From positions 434,001 to 498,000 of the forward strand of contig JAMWBK010000003.1 in assembly GCA_029953675.1 (NCBI GenBank): a stretch of DNA of 64,000 nt, given 5' to 3'. Numbering within the stretch: position 1 is the stretch's first letter; each line of letters opens with the position of its first letter. Shown here piece by piece: positions 22,204 through 34,906 of the stretch. The stretch comes from Rhodosorus marinus CCMP1338. Its lineage: Eukaryota > Plantae > Rhodophyta. A program made the position numbers and the translations under genes. The notes under the pieces were generated by a model. It did not search any database. It saw only the letters and a program-made list of their open reading frames with translations, and was not told the origin of the DNA.

Positions 22204-23507
22204 AGTACCCTATTCTCGGCACGCCCAAAACAACCCCCCCCACCCGGCCTTAAGCCGACGCCCCCCAAATAAAAAACCCCCCAATTCCCATTTATCAGAA
22301 ACCAGAGGGAAGAAAAAAAAATTATGAACCCAACAACCCAACAAGAGAATTCAGAAAGCGCTCCTCTCTCACTTCAACAGTAACCACCAGAACAGCTCAT
22401 TCAAAACCAGTCAACCTTCCTCGTCAACTCCGCCTCCCCTCTCCGAAAACTCACCAAGAAAACTACACCCCCTCAGAACCCAAACCTTCTGACAGAGTTA
22501 TCAATCTCGTTCTTGCTCATTGGAAAAACAAATAACATTATTCTTGCTCCTTGAAATACAACACAAACATATCCTAGTGCTATGACATTTGTTTGCTTCT
22601 CTTAAGAAAGCCCTTTTCCATCTGGCTTTTCTTCACCGTCCCCACCTTCCTCCTCGTCATTTAGAAACGCTCCTTCTTCCCGCGTCCAAGAGAAATCCTT
22701 GAAATTATTGTCAAAAACCCACACATTGACTATCAGCCTAACACGGTGGGTTTTTCCAAGGATTTTCAGAGGGGCTTTCCATGTCCTTAGCTTCTAAAGC
22801 CAAAGAGGTGATCAGTATAGCATTAGATGCCTGCTGTCATGTACAGTTTGTGGCTAAGAAGACCGCCGTTGTTGATACCCGTTGAAGCAACGTGCTTTGG
22901 TTTGCTACCCTTGATGAAGACATTGGGACCTTGGGGAGACAATAGCTGTTTTGACGATGTTTTTTGTTACGCCGTTATAGTTTTAGGCTCTCTGGAAGGT
23001 CAGCTGTCTTGTCTCCTGAACGCGGAGCATTAGCACGTATAAGCGCAATAGATGCATAATAAGCAAAAAAAATCCAGCGCTGAACTGGAGTGCTCTCCGG
23101 GAGCGGTGATCCACTTGTCATTGAGGTCCGATTCGACTTCAGTTCTGGCACGCCTTGGTTTTCGTGAGTGTGTTTGCGACATCGCTGACAGTCACTCGCG
23201 TTAGATCTCTTCTTTGAGTTCTGTGCTGTTGGTTTGCCATGGCGTTCTGACCCCGAATATGTTTGTTGAGACCCGCCAGGCCTGTTTGGCCAGCTTCCTC
23301 ACAGAGTATTTTTCTCCGAGTTGATGATGATGATGGTGATGGTTAAGAACAAGTCTGAATGCGTTAGACCATGAAGTAGGAACTTACATCCTCTCACCAA
23401 GAGTCCGAGGTCGTGGTGCTCTGAAGAAGAATTCTCGCCATCTGCTTGACTCAGTTTCAGCACTGGACTTCTTGCTTAATGTGAGGTGGACGAGTTCGTA
23501 ATGGTGA

Positions 23508-23771
23508 CTGATAATGCCAAAGATCAGAACCGATAAAACCGCTCAACTTGAAACGTATCAGAAGACGGCCAAAAAGCTGTCTGTCCAGCTCCGTCCTTCT
23601 CAAGCAGTCCTCACCACCACCAGTGAGACTGGATCATTGAAAACTTCAAGTCTTGTGTTGGTAGTGCTAAGGACTGCTTGAGGACGGAGATGGACTGCTA
23701 CGTTTTTGGACCGTCTCCTGATACGTTTCAGGTTGAGCAGTTTCATTGTTTCTGATCTTTGGCATTATCAG
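23508..23771. repeat. Long imperfect inverted repeat (arms about 104 and 102 bp, 58-bp spacer)
   Basis: 23508-23611 matches the reverse complement of 23670-23771. The outer 22 bp are identical; roughly 80-85% identity overall by eye. Confidence 0.92.
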
Positions 23772-24250
23772 ATTTACTGGAAGTGGGTTTCTAGAGCCTA
23801 TCCTCCCGGTTTCGCCATAGAAGGGCAGCCTGATGCGTAGTTGTTCAGGGCGAGCATGGATCTGAACTTAGAATGTTCCTCGAACCGGTAGGTGCTCCAC
23901 GGTCTTCTCTAGCGCGCGCTCATCAATCGCGCCAGTGAATCCCATAGTCAGTAGACTGCATTTCGACTGAGAGCGGGTGACGTAGCCTTGTACGGTCTTT
24001 GGAATCGGAATGCTGAAAAAATGCTCCTGTACATGCCCTTGTACATATCTGAGTACAGATCCACTTTGGCTGATGAAACAAGTGTTCGTTGACAAACAGA
24101 ATTGGGATCGATGTAACAGGTTAAGACGAACTCGAAGCGGCAGAGTGTGTCTGATCAACGAACTCGTATGACGAAGTCTTATTTGGACTGTTGTTTCGCT
24201 TTAATTACATAGAGCACACGTGGTGTATAAAATTTTTTGACTTTGGCGTA

Positions 24251-27200
24251 CTAAGTCCACTTAAGGGAATAATAACGATCGTGAACTTCAAGGGTATCCG
24301 AGTCGCTCACAATTTCAACTCTACGATTTGTACCGATTTCCCAGGAGTAGTTGGTTGCATTCCTGCGGACGTATTTGTACTCGATCCGCATGCCCCTTGG
24401 TAGAGACACTTGGCAATAGTGCCTATCTGGTCGATCGGATTGAAGCGGGCACCCCTGCTTTGCGGACCACTCACCTAGAACTTTGTCACCACCAACAATG
24501 ACAAAGCTCTTCGGTACAGGGTTCTTCTCCTTCTCCTTGGCCGAATGAACAACGGAGTCGAGAACAAAGGTCACCCTGACCATGTCGGAAAGTCTATAGT
24601 GCGGTTCGCTGACCACCTTTGAAAGATCGTCAACTACTCCGACATCATCCGGAATAGCAGAAACGTCGTACCCAGCCTTAATCGCCACCGCCAGCTTCTG
24701 ACAGACAGCCCTGTACTTCTTCACGTACTGATGGCATTCAGCCCTTGTCTGCTGTACAAGCGACATCTGGCGGTCAACCTCGTGCGAGAGAATATCAACC
24801 TCCCTCTTCGAGTCCGACTTGATGGACTCTACAATCGCGTCAGTTTGCGACTGCGACTCCGCAAGCTCCTTAGACATCCTCTCCAAAGCAGTCTCGAGTT
24901 CCTTCACCCGCGGAACGATTGGCCTCATCTTCTGGCAGAGGGTTCTCCACTTCACTTCCGACTGTGTGAGCTTTTCCAAGTCAGATTCGGCCCTCGTGAG
25001 CTTGGCTGCTGTTGCATCCTTCTGGCGCTGAAGTTCGTGAACTTCAATTCGCGATCCGCTGTTCAACGTTTCCTTGTCAGATTCAAGCTCAACCATTCTT
25101 GCCTTGACTCTAATAAGTTCATTGTCTTTTCGGAGCTGCGATTCCTGGAGTTCCAAAATTTCTTGCTTGGCGTTCTCGTAAGAGAGCGCAACTGAGTCCA
25201 GCCTCGTCCGTATATCTGCCAGTCGCGTATCCCGCTCGCGAACGCTTCCTTTCGCAGCTTCGAGTTCATCTCTTAGGGCGCCAGTCTCCTTGTCTTGCAT
25301 CAACTCCTTAGCCTCTGTCCTCGACTGTTCGAGCATTTCCTCCAGAGCACGAGTCTTGCTCTTCATACTAGACACTTGATCTATTCGCTCAGCCTCAGAC
25401 GTGCGAATCAGGCGATCCTTTTCCTCGAGACTGGTAGTAAGGTTTTCAACAATGTTTTGCAGCTTCTTACTAGAATTAGATGCACTTTCAAGCTGCTGTT
25501 GCTTCTCAGCGAGCATCTTCTCCGTTTCATGTAGCTTCTGGTTGACGAATTTGCTGTACCTCTGCAGCTGGGATACCGATTCCTCCTTTGCTTCAACCTT
25601 TTCTTGAAGCACCTTGATGCTGGAAGTTTCCGCACGCATCCGGGTCTGCTCAGCCGCGATTCGGTTGTTTACCGAAGTCAGCTCATCCTCAGCTGTCTTC
25701 AACAAGAGCTGCGTAGTGTTGAGCTCCACCTTCAGCCTTGCGATCGTGCTCTCCGCATCCTCGATATGGGCACGCTGCTCAGCCTTCTTGGAGTAGGCTT
25801 CCTCCAATGTTCCCTGCACCTTCTCAAGTTTTTCTTTATACAATTCGAGCTCTCCTCTAAGAAAGGCAACCAACTGCCGCTCTTTGTTGAAGTAGCTCTC
25901 AACCTCCTGCAGTCGCCTGTTACTCTTCTCGAGATCGTCAGTCTTTGCAAATAGCATACTTCGGTACTCCTTGTCAGATTGATCCATCGCGGTCTCGGTT
26001 GCATAGATTGCGCCTTCCGCCTCCTTATACTTGGCTTCGAGCTCAGAGAGTTCCGATTCCCGATCGATGAGTTTAAGTGACAGCTCCTCCTCTCTGCGCT
26101 TGTGGTGAGCAGTCTCTTCCTCTTGCGTTACGAGCTTCTCCTGCAAGTCGGCCAATTTGGCCACAGCATCTCCGATCTCCAGTCGTTGCTGCGCGATGGC
26201 TTTCTCCGAGGATTCAAGTTTGATTCGGAGTTCCTGTGCGTCGACCGCATGCTTCCCAAGACGCTTGATTTGGTCCTGTTTGTCGACAACCGATTTCTGC
26301 GCAAGAATAAGCTCTTCCCGCAAAGTTCGACTCTCGGTCTCAACCTTCGACAGGTAAGAGCCTCGTTCTGAGAACTCCTTTTCCAAGCCCTTCAACCTCG
26401 TGAGCGTGTTTGTATGTTCTCCTTCCTTTTCAGTGTTTGCCTCCTCGAGGAGTCTTAAGAGCTCCGTCTTTCTCGCGACGGTGCTCTCTGAAGTAGCCAG
26501 CTTTTGAGTGAGCAGCTCCAACTTCTCGCGCTGGGCTTTCGCTTCAACCTGCGCCTCCTCTCGAGCAAATACCTCCTGTTCATGCTTAGCTTCCATATCC
26601 GCTAGTTTGGCTTCTATCTCCATGACGACGTGCTGAGCGTGCTTCAGTTCCTTATCTGTTAGTTCCAAGTGATTTTCCTTTGCCGCAAGCTCCGCTTGAA
26701 GCTTGTCTTTCACCGCAGAAAGCTCTCGCACGGATCTACTCTCAGCAGTTAACCCTACGTCCTTCTTTCGCAAAACACTCTGAGCCTGGTCCAAGCTTGC
26801 CAGTGACTCCGTGAGTTTCAGCTCAGTGTCACTTAGTCGCTTGCTTGACCCGTGGATCTCATTATCCTTCCACGCTAGTAAGGCTTGCCCGCTGTTAATC
26901 TCCGCTCGTGCTGCCTTCAGTGCCTCACGATCTTTCTCAGCTTCCGTACTCCATTTGCGTACATCAGCCTCGAGAGACTTCCGTTTCGATTCGAGGGCAG
27001 CTATGGTATGCGCCTGAGACTCGCGTTCTTGATCCACAAGGTTCAATTTTTCATTGCAATCTCGCAGCTCCCACCTGTACGCTTCCACTTCCTCAGTGAG
27101 TTCCATCACACGCCTTCGCGCAATGCTCGAGTGTTCTTCGAGGGCCCTTTGGCGAACAGCGGCGACCTCTCCAGCCGCTCTCAATTGATCCTCAGTATGT

Positions 27201-30200
27201 TTCAGGGCCGACCCTGCGTGTTCAGCACGCCTTGTAGCTTCTTCAGCGAGAGTATCCCGCCTCTCCTTAGTTTCAAGAGTCTCATTGAGCCTTTCCTCAA
27301 CACCGCTAACCATTTCACGGGATCTCTCCAAACTCTCACTTAGCACGACCAGCTCTCTATGCAACTCATTGTTTCTCGTTGTCAGCTTATTCATTTCATC
27401 GAGCCTGGAAGCCGAGACAAGCTTCTCAGCTGCGAGCCGCTCATGCAATGATTCTAATGTAGTATCTTTCCATCTCAGCTTTCCCTTTTGCTCCTCGACA
27501 ACTGCCTCCAATCTGTGAGCTTGGGCGCTCCTCTTAGCAAGATCTGATTCCTGGTCAGCACTTCTACGCTCAGCTGCGGACAATGCCTTCCTTGTTCTGA
27601 CTAGCTCATTAGATACCCTTTCCATGCTCGTTGTCAGGTCTGCGACGCTGGCCTTACTTCGCGTACTTTCCTCCTTGTATCTTTCAATACCGACCTCCAT
27701 GGAGGACTTCTTCTGCCTCAATTCATCCCTCTCCGCGACTAGTTGATCCAGAGACCGTGTCTTGTTTGCAAGTTCCCTCTTGCCGGACTCCTGAAGATTT
27801 TCAGCTTGGTTCACTCTCTGTTCCATGGATTTCATCGAAGACGCAAGCGCTTCGAATTTGTTTCTCTGCTCAGCAAGCGCGTGCTCTGTCTCCTTGATAA
27901 GCTGCAGGTTTTCCTTCCCCTGCTTCTGCAGCTGCTCTTCGCTCGCTTGAAGCAAGGCAAGTGCTTCCACCTTGCTCTCCAGCATTTCGCGCAGGCGACG
28001 AACCTCTGCCGATTTCTCGTCTACAGATGCTTGCAGCAACGCAACTCTGGTGCTTGTTTGCGCATGTTCTTGCTCACCATCCCCATCACCGAAAGCTCTG
28101 ACCACCGAGAGTTCCTTGCGTAGCCGGGCAACTTCCTCTGTCAAACTTGCATTCTTGGCTGTGGATTCTCGCATACTTTCCAGGCTCTTCTGCTTCACGC
28201 GAATGTAAGACTGGGCTTGGGCAACCTCCGCTTTTGACTCTGCGTAAAGAGCCTTTGACTTTTCATGCTCTTCACGTTCCTCCTTAAGCTCATTAAGGGC
28301 TGCTTTGAGCCTTTCTCCTGTTTCAGCTGCTGTAGTCTCCGCGCTTAGCAACTGCTCTCGGAGCTTGTCGCTAGAGTTGACCCGTTTGACCTTTGATGGG
28401 CTATAATTGTTAGGCAAGTCTCGAAGGCTTTCCCGAAACATAACTAGCGCAGCCAGCCCCTCCTTTTGACCTGAAACCAGATTATGAGCCTTTGCTGTAT
28501 CCTGCCACCCGCTGTTTTCCCGCTCAACCTCTTCTAGTCGTCTCTTCAAAGCATCTACCTCCCGCACCAGGGCGGCGTCTTTTGGTACATCACTCGCTGG
28601 CCCGGAGTTTGGATCCGACTTTGACCGCAACTCACGGAGTTCCTCCTTTAACGCCTTATTTTCGGAACGCTCTACCGCAAGGTCTGCCACGAGGGTGGTC
28701 ATATCCGAAACCCACTTCTCCTCGGTATGGCCTGAGAGTCCATTCTTGGGACGATTTTTCTCTAGGGCAATCACCGACTGATGCAGTCTAAGGATCTCCT
28801 CTTCGGCTGACTTCTTCACTTCAGCAATGCCGCTTTCCAGCGTTCTGCTGTTCAGGAGCTCCGCTTCCAGTTGCTTCTCTTTCGATAGGAGTGCCTCCCG
28901 GGCTGCGTTAAGTTGCTCGGAGATCTTGGCAACCTCGGCACTTGCGATTGCAGAATTGTGCTTTGCGTTTCGATCGGCTATGTCCTTCTTTGCGATTTCA
29001 ACCAATTTCTCTTTCCGTGCTAGCTCAGTCTCCTGCATCGCAAGTCGCTTATGAGCAGCGCTGAGCTCTGCCTCTGTCTCACCAAGTCTATTCTTGACAG
29101 CAGCCAGGTCTCTTCTTGCCTGTACAGTATCTGCAGCTTGTTTCTTCGCAGCATCTAGCTCGCTAAGAATTTGGTCCTTTTCCGTGAAAAGAGAGCGGAC
29201 CCTGGTCATTTCTTCTGCTAGTGATTTCTATACGAAGGAGGGAACAAGAAGAAAGCACAAGTATTAGCTATTGTGAGAGCGTTAATTCTCATGAACGTCC
29301 AGGACGCATGTCATGGAGCTTGCATACCTTCAGCGAGGCGGACGTGAGTTCCAGAGCCGTTCTCAGCTTAACCTCTCCGCTGAGTTGCACCTGTCTCATT
29401 TCTTCCAAGGAGCTTAGCTCTTCTTCCCGAATCGCTAGTAAACGGTCACTCCTATTTGATGAAGAGGATTGTAAACGCATTCAGACACGAAAATTCAGAT
29501 GGGCTGATCCACCCAATGCCCGTTGCGCTTTGTTTTCAGCATTGTACACACCTTTGAATTTTCCTCTCCGCAGCGTTCGCACGCTTCGTTACAGAAGCCA
29601 ACGCGCTTTGCATGAGCTTCTCCCTCAGCCCAAGGCGAATTGCCGGAAATCCGAGCTCAGAGAGGGACGAATCAATAGTATTTAGAGAGTTGCAGCCAGT
29701 CAAGTCCAGTCGCTCTAGAGACTTCAACGTGACCAAAGCGACTGGAATCTCCTGCAGTTTGCCGTTATCGTGGAGATCCAGATTTTTTAATGTGCGAAAC
29801 TGCAGAACTGCGTCTTCCTCAATCTTCATGAGCACATTTGAGCTGAGGTCCACACTCTCGAGACCATTTGCTACGGACTCGTGGATGTCGCCATCGTTCA
29901 AAGCCTCAATCTTGTTCCTCGAGAGCACAAGATTTTGTAGCGGCGGGCCAGCAGAAATCCGGGCCCGGGAAATACTGTTGCCGCTCAGGTAAAGCTGACC
30001 AAGAGACAGCAAGCTTGATACATGTAACTCAGTCAAGCGATTCTCCTGTGCGCTCAATATCTGCAACTGACGCTGCCCGTCACCAAGTACAATCTCCGCA
30101 ATCTTGTTTCTGTCAACATTGAGGTCGATGAGTGACTCCGGAAGCTCGCAGTTGGAATTTAAACTCTCGAGACAGTTGTTCTGAATGCTCAAGAACTCGA

Positions 30201-30903
30201 CCGTCGTCGGAATAGAGTTTCTAGACAAGGTCCGCAGTCGGTTACCGTCAAGATTTAGCTTCTTCAACTTTGGAAAGTTCCATACGTCCTGGGGAACCCT
30301 TTCCAGCAGGTTTGCTGATAAATCAATCTCATTAACCTTGCTCTTTTTCTTGAACTTCGAAAAGCTCTCCTCCGCTTCATCATCGTTTAGGCCGAGGTTG
30401 CTCCCATCCAACACCGTGCCTCTCAGCACAAATTCTGTTCGGCGAACATTGTCCTCCGGCAAAATCTCCTGAGAGGGTGTCTCTGTCGGGTGCATGTTTT
30501 CCTCCGGCAAACTCTCCTGAGAAGGTGTCTCTGTCGGGTGCACATGTTCCTTCGGCAAACTTCCCTGAGAAGGTGTCTCTGTCGGGCGCATGTTTTCCTC
30601 CGGCAAACTCTCCTGAGCAGGTGTCTCTGTCGGGTGCGCATTTTCCTCCGGCAAACTATCCCGAGCAGGTGTATCGGTTGGGTTCGCAGTTTCCTCCATT
30701 AGTCTCTCTCGAGCAGGCAATTCTGCTTGGCCCACATTTTCCTCCATTAATCTCTCTCGCGCAGGTAACTCCGTTGCGCTCAAGTTTTCCTCCATTAGCC
30801 TATCTCGAGCAAGTAACTCTGTTCGGCCACTACCTCCCACCGCCGAACGCGCCTGGGCACGTTCGGGCTCGTTCGCCTCCTCCATGCCTTTCTCCTCACA
30901 CAT
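24251..30903 (-). CDS. Giant protein: 16-aa repeats + LRR domain + long coiled coil + C-terminal CBM20 starch-binding domain, 2,150 aa
   Basis: Exons 30903-29552, 29451-29328, 29227-24251; two 100-nt GT-AG introns keep the frame. LRR units such as IDLSANLLERVP and LNLDGNRLRTL. CBM20 signature VTF..G..LGEW..EYKY..WEIGTNR. Confidence 0.85.
30439..30822 (-). repeat. Coding tandem repeat, 8 x 48 bp (16 aa, e.g. TETPSQESLPEENMHP)
   Basis: Visible in both the DNA and the translation. Confidence 0.9.
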
Positions 30904-32949
30904 CAATCGTATTTACACAGTACTAATAATTTCCAACTCTGCCCCCAAAAGCAAGCAACCCCCTACCCACACACCGCTAAGTCATCCCCTCGAGTCTGCT
31001 TTCAAACCCACCACATCTAAAAACGAAACCCTAATCTCCAGATTTCCACTACTACATTCTCGAGGCCCTTCTTTTCCCTCACTACTCAGAATTCAGCAAA
31101 ACCAAACTACAGAAGATGAAATTTCAATTCTTATATACACCCCCTTCGACTCCTACAGAACAACATACCAGGTCCTTCCTCCCCCTCGCACCCATCCCTC
31201 CCACCGAAAATCCCATGTCATACGAAATCCTGTCAACCAGCCAAACCTCAATTCCATGCCAGTTAAACCAGAGGCCCCTTTTGCCTTTCCGCGTCTCAGA
31301 TTTGGCAATACAATAAACCCCTCCATTGTTTAGCTGGAGATTGGCAATATTATTAACACAAAACCCGTATTATCCATTCTACTCGATCTAGTAAAGGGGT
31401 ACGAGAAAAGGGTTCTTGTTAGTATCAGTCCTCATGGAGAACTACCGAGAGATACTACGTGATACTAATGTGTCATAAATATCTTATTATACTGTCATAA
31501 TAATTAGAACTATATTATACGTATTTTACAAATTTTATTACTAGTTATGTTCAAATAATACTTCTGTCGCTTTAATTAATTTTCTAATGACACTAAAAAA
31601 CGCGCTCCGGGATTTTTCGGGTGATTTTAAAAACCACTGTCCAATACCCTTCCGCCACTACTTTCTGAATAAAAGTAATTTTACATCAATAAATCGTTCT
31701 TTCGTCTTCCAATCGACGTCTATTGGGTCACCACCCGTCCTTTTCCTTTCCTTTTTTTTTCGTAGCAACGGGTTAAGTCAAGTCTTGGTTTTTACTTATT
31801 TAGGCCCACCTTTTGGATGATTCCACACGCATGGGTGAAAAAAAACCCGACTTTTCGTATACTCCTCAAAAATTGATTGGATATTGACTTACAGCTTTTA
31901 TCTGCCTTTCTCACCCACAAACCCAAAATACTTGATAAATTATCGAAACTTAAGTAAATGAAGAGGTGGGTATTCGGTGTAACCACAACGGGTGTTTTGG
32001 CATTGGGAAATCGAAAAAAAAACTATGATCTCCTTGTCTTCTTCTTATTGGTCAAATACGATATAAGAAAATTCTTAAAAACAATAATATTGCGAAAAGC
32101 GTTTAATAGAAATAAATTAAAAGGAAATGATAAGCGCGTGTCGATTTCCATTCGTCAAAAAAAGGCCTAACATCACTTAACAAAAAGCGTAGGCGTTTTT
32201 TTGGTAGGGGTAGGGTAGTCATACCCGGAAAGACTAAAAGATGGTTTTTATGTTTTGATTTGTTTTGGTACTGGTATTGGGAGAGGGAGCGAGAAACAAT
32301 CAAGGGGGGTGGGGTGTATTGGATGTATTGGATTCTGAGAATTGGTTCAAGTTTTACTGGATTCGGTCTTCGTCGAAAGGGGGGGAAGGATTGGTGGAGA
32401 CCGTCAGAGATTAGTGAGGAGGGTGGGGGGAAACTAGTAGTAGTAGCACACGTCATTGTTTCATTCGTTTGTAGGGGAAATTTCGACCGTTCCCTGAGAC
32501 AGATGTTGTAAAGCCAAAACAACGTGCGGAGGATCTGGTAAAAAAATTCGATGATGCAACCGTTGTTTTCACCGGGTTCAATATTTTCGTAAGGTGGCTG
32601 GCTGTGGTGGTTGAGGAGTCCTTGGGACTCGAGAGATGGTCACACAAGCTTAATTTTGATCCGTTTCTGGATTTTCTTCCTTTTGACCATGTTGCCGTTA
32701 TTATAACTATTTTTGAATCCGAGCGAGTTGCAGGGAATTGTGTGCCTCTGGCACGAAAGGTGTATTGATTCATGATTCATCCTTGGGTTTGTCGGAATTC
32801 AAACGAGGACTCTGCTTTTGGTTTGTAACGTTGGAGGTTCTTCCTCTTGCCTCGCCGCCCTCGCACGTAACATGACTGTTTTGGAAGGGGGAAGGGAAGG
32901 GTGACCCTACCGTGAAATTGCAGAAATTTGTGTCTCTCTGGAAAGTTGT

Positions 32950-33029
32950 GGACTCCCCTCTGCGGGTGTTCTAAACTCAAGCGAGACTGGACTCCCCTCT
33001 GCGGGTGTTCTAAACTCAAGCGAGACTGG
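32950..33029. repeat. Perfect 39-bp tandem duplication
   Basis: GGACTCCCCTCTGCGGGTGTTCTAAACTCAAGCGAGACT twice, plus GG. Confidence 0.95.
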
Positions 33030-33963
33030 TGTTTTTTGTGTATGTGCGGATGATTGGGCCAAACATGTCCAAGTCTCAATGGATTCACAACCAGCGTGGC
33101 TTTCGAATGGGCATGCTGCTCACGGTACCCTCGTCAGCATTTCTTGAGACAAGAAAGATGCCTTGAATTCTCCTCACCGGATGTTACAGCTACATAAGCT
33201 GATAGCAAAGTCGAAGCAGAAACTGTCCAGTGCTTCAACCTTCTTCAAAAAAAACACCCCGGTATGTACGGTCAATTCCGGGTCGCCTCTCTAGTACAGC
33301 GGAGGAGACGAGTTCGTTTGAATTCGAACAAATTATCAGTGTTAAGTTCCGAGCTCACCTCACTTGGACAGTACTGCCCACCCCGCTCCGAGAGAAGAGT
33401 TCCCGCTCCACGTTCAACTCCAGCGGAACTAGAACAGGAGTATCTTAAGGACACGTGTTACTAATTAATTAGAGGTAAAGCTTACTCCTTGATACCCCCT
33501 ATAAGACAAAAATGTACTGGAGAATACCGTCTAAATTATAATTATATTCATTAAAACATGAATTTTATACGGCAAACAGTTCCACCCTAGTTTTGACCAT
33601 ATTTTCTTTCGATTTATTGAATTCGTACGATTAGTACTAATCTGGCAATGTACTATATCATTTCGACTTCGGTCGGGCCTCCGAAGGAACGACGCTGGAC
33701 TTGCCAATTGAGCAAGCTGAAGCACTTTTTCCGCGCAATAGCGAAACCTTGGATCAGTCGGGCTTCGTGAAATAAAAAACGTGCTAACTCTCCCAGGATG
33801 TCTCCACCATCGTTCTTTGATAAGTGAGTCGTAAATGTGTGCCGTGCGAGGTAGATCTCGAGAAGATCTGCTGTGGCAAGTGGGGGGTTGTGAGATTGGT
33901 CAGGTCGGACTGATCAGCTTTATATAGCGGTACACAAAGTCCCTCTTTGAGGATTCAACGGGG

Positions 33964-34877
33964 ATGCTATTTTTTGCCCTTTGCACTTCGGTGAGCACGC
34001 GCCGGCGAGCTCAAATTCAGAGCAAAAGTTGCGCATCGCGGCGTGAGTTTCTCAGTTTCGGTCTTGCAGTTGGTCCATGTATAGCCTTTCCGGGGTCGCT
34101 GCTGGCGGAGAGGGATCAGCTACTTCCCTTGGAAGCGAGACTGAAGACATCGGACTTGAAAAAACCATTAAGTGATCCATTTCCTAGGGAACCCCTGGTG
34201 GCAGAATGGTACGGACATTCAACGCTCTAGATCTGCCTTGGCCATCCCACTGCTAAGCCAGAATCTTTGTCTCGTTTTCATTGATGCTAACTTTTAGGAT
34301 GGAGGGAGTGTGGAATGTCGTCGTCACTAAAAAAGCAGTTCAAGCCCCAAAAGGAGGCAAGTTCCTGCCGGATGGATACGATCTCAATCGAGAACGATCT
34401 TCGATTGGAAAGCCGCTCCAGTACCGCCTCCGGTTTGCGCAGAGACGTGACGGAAGTGGTGTGGCAACCGATAGGACCTTCAACTTAACTTCCATGATGA
34501 ACGCATACGCGGGAACGGAGCTCGTCAACAACGTTGAGTGGGATCCCAACGGCATTCGATCCGTTGCACTCTTCAAGAACAGCCCTGGGGCCAAGTCCAT
34601 ACAAATCCTCAATACGAGCGCCACAGCCGCAGCCAAAGATCGGTATCTGGTTGAGGAACTATTTCGCAACATTTTCACGAACGGGAACGCGGGCGAGAGC
34701 CCCAAGACTACGGATGTTGAGACCATTACGTTATACAGGCGTTCTCGCGATTCCCGTGTCGAGGGCTCCCAGCGCATTGCAGTTTACTTAACGCCTTCTT
34801 CGGACGGTTGGAGTGCAGAGTACGATGACACTGCCGTACTAATTTCAGATTTTACGCTTGAGATGACCCGTTTATAA
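33964..34877 (+). CDS. DUF6816-like protein, probably plastid/thylakoid-lumen targeted (paralogue 2)
   Basis: Intron about 34208-34298 joins EW to MEGVW. SRREFL + hydrophobic stretch + LLA. Motifs LRFAQR, DRTFNL, WDPN. Confidence 0.6.
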
Positions 34878-34906
34878 CCACCTGACTTAATAAATAACAG
34901 GCCTGT

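Noticed and set aside
32453-32773. LINE endonuclease remnant (YTF...CDHL resemblance)
   Set aside because: Only two loose motifs, and no RT or other endonuclease motifs nearby.
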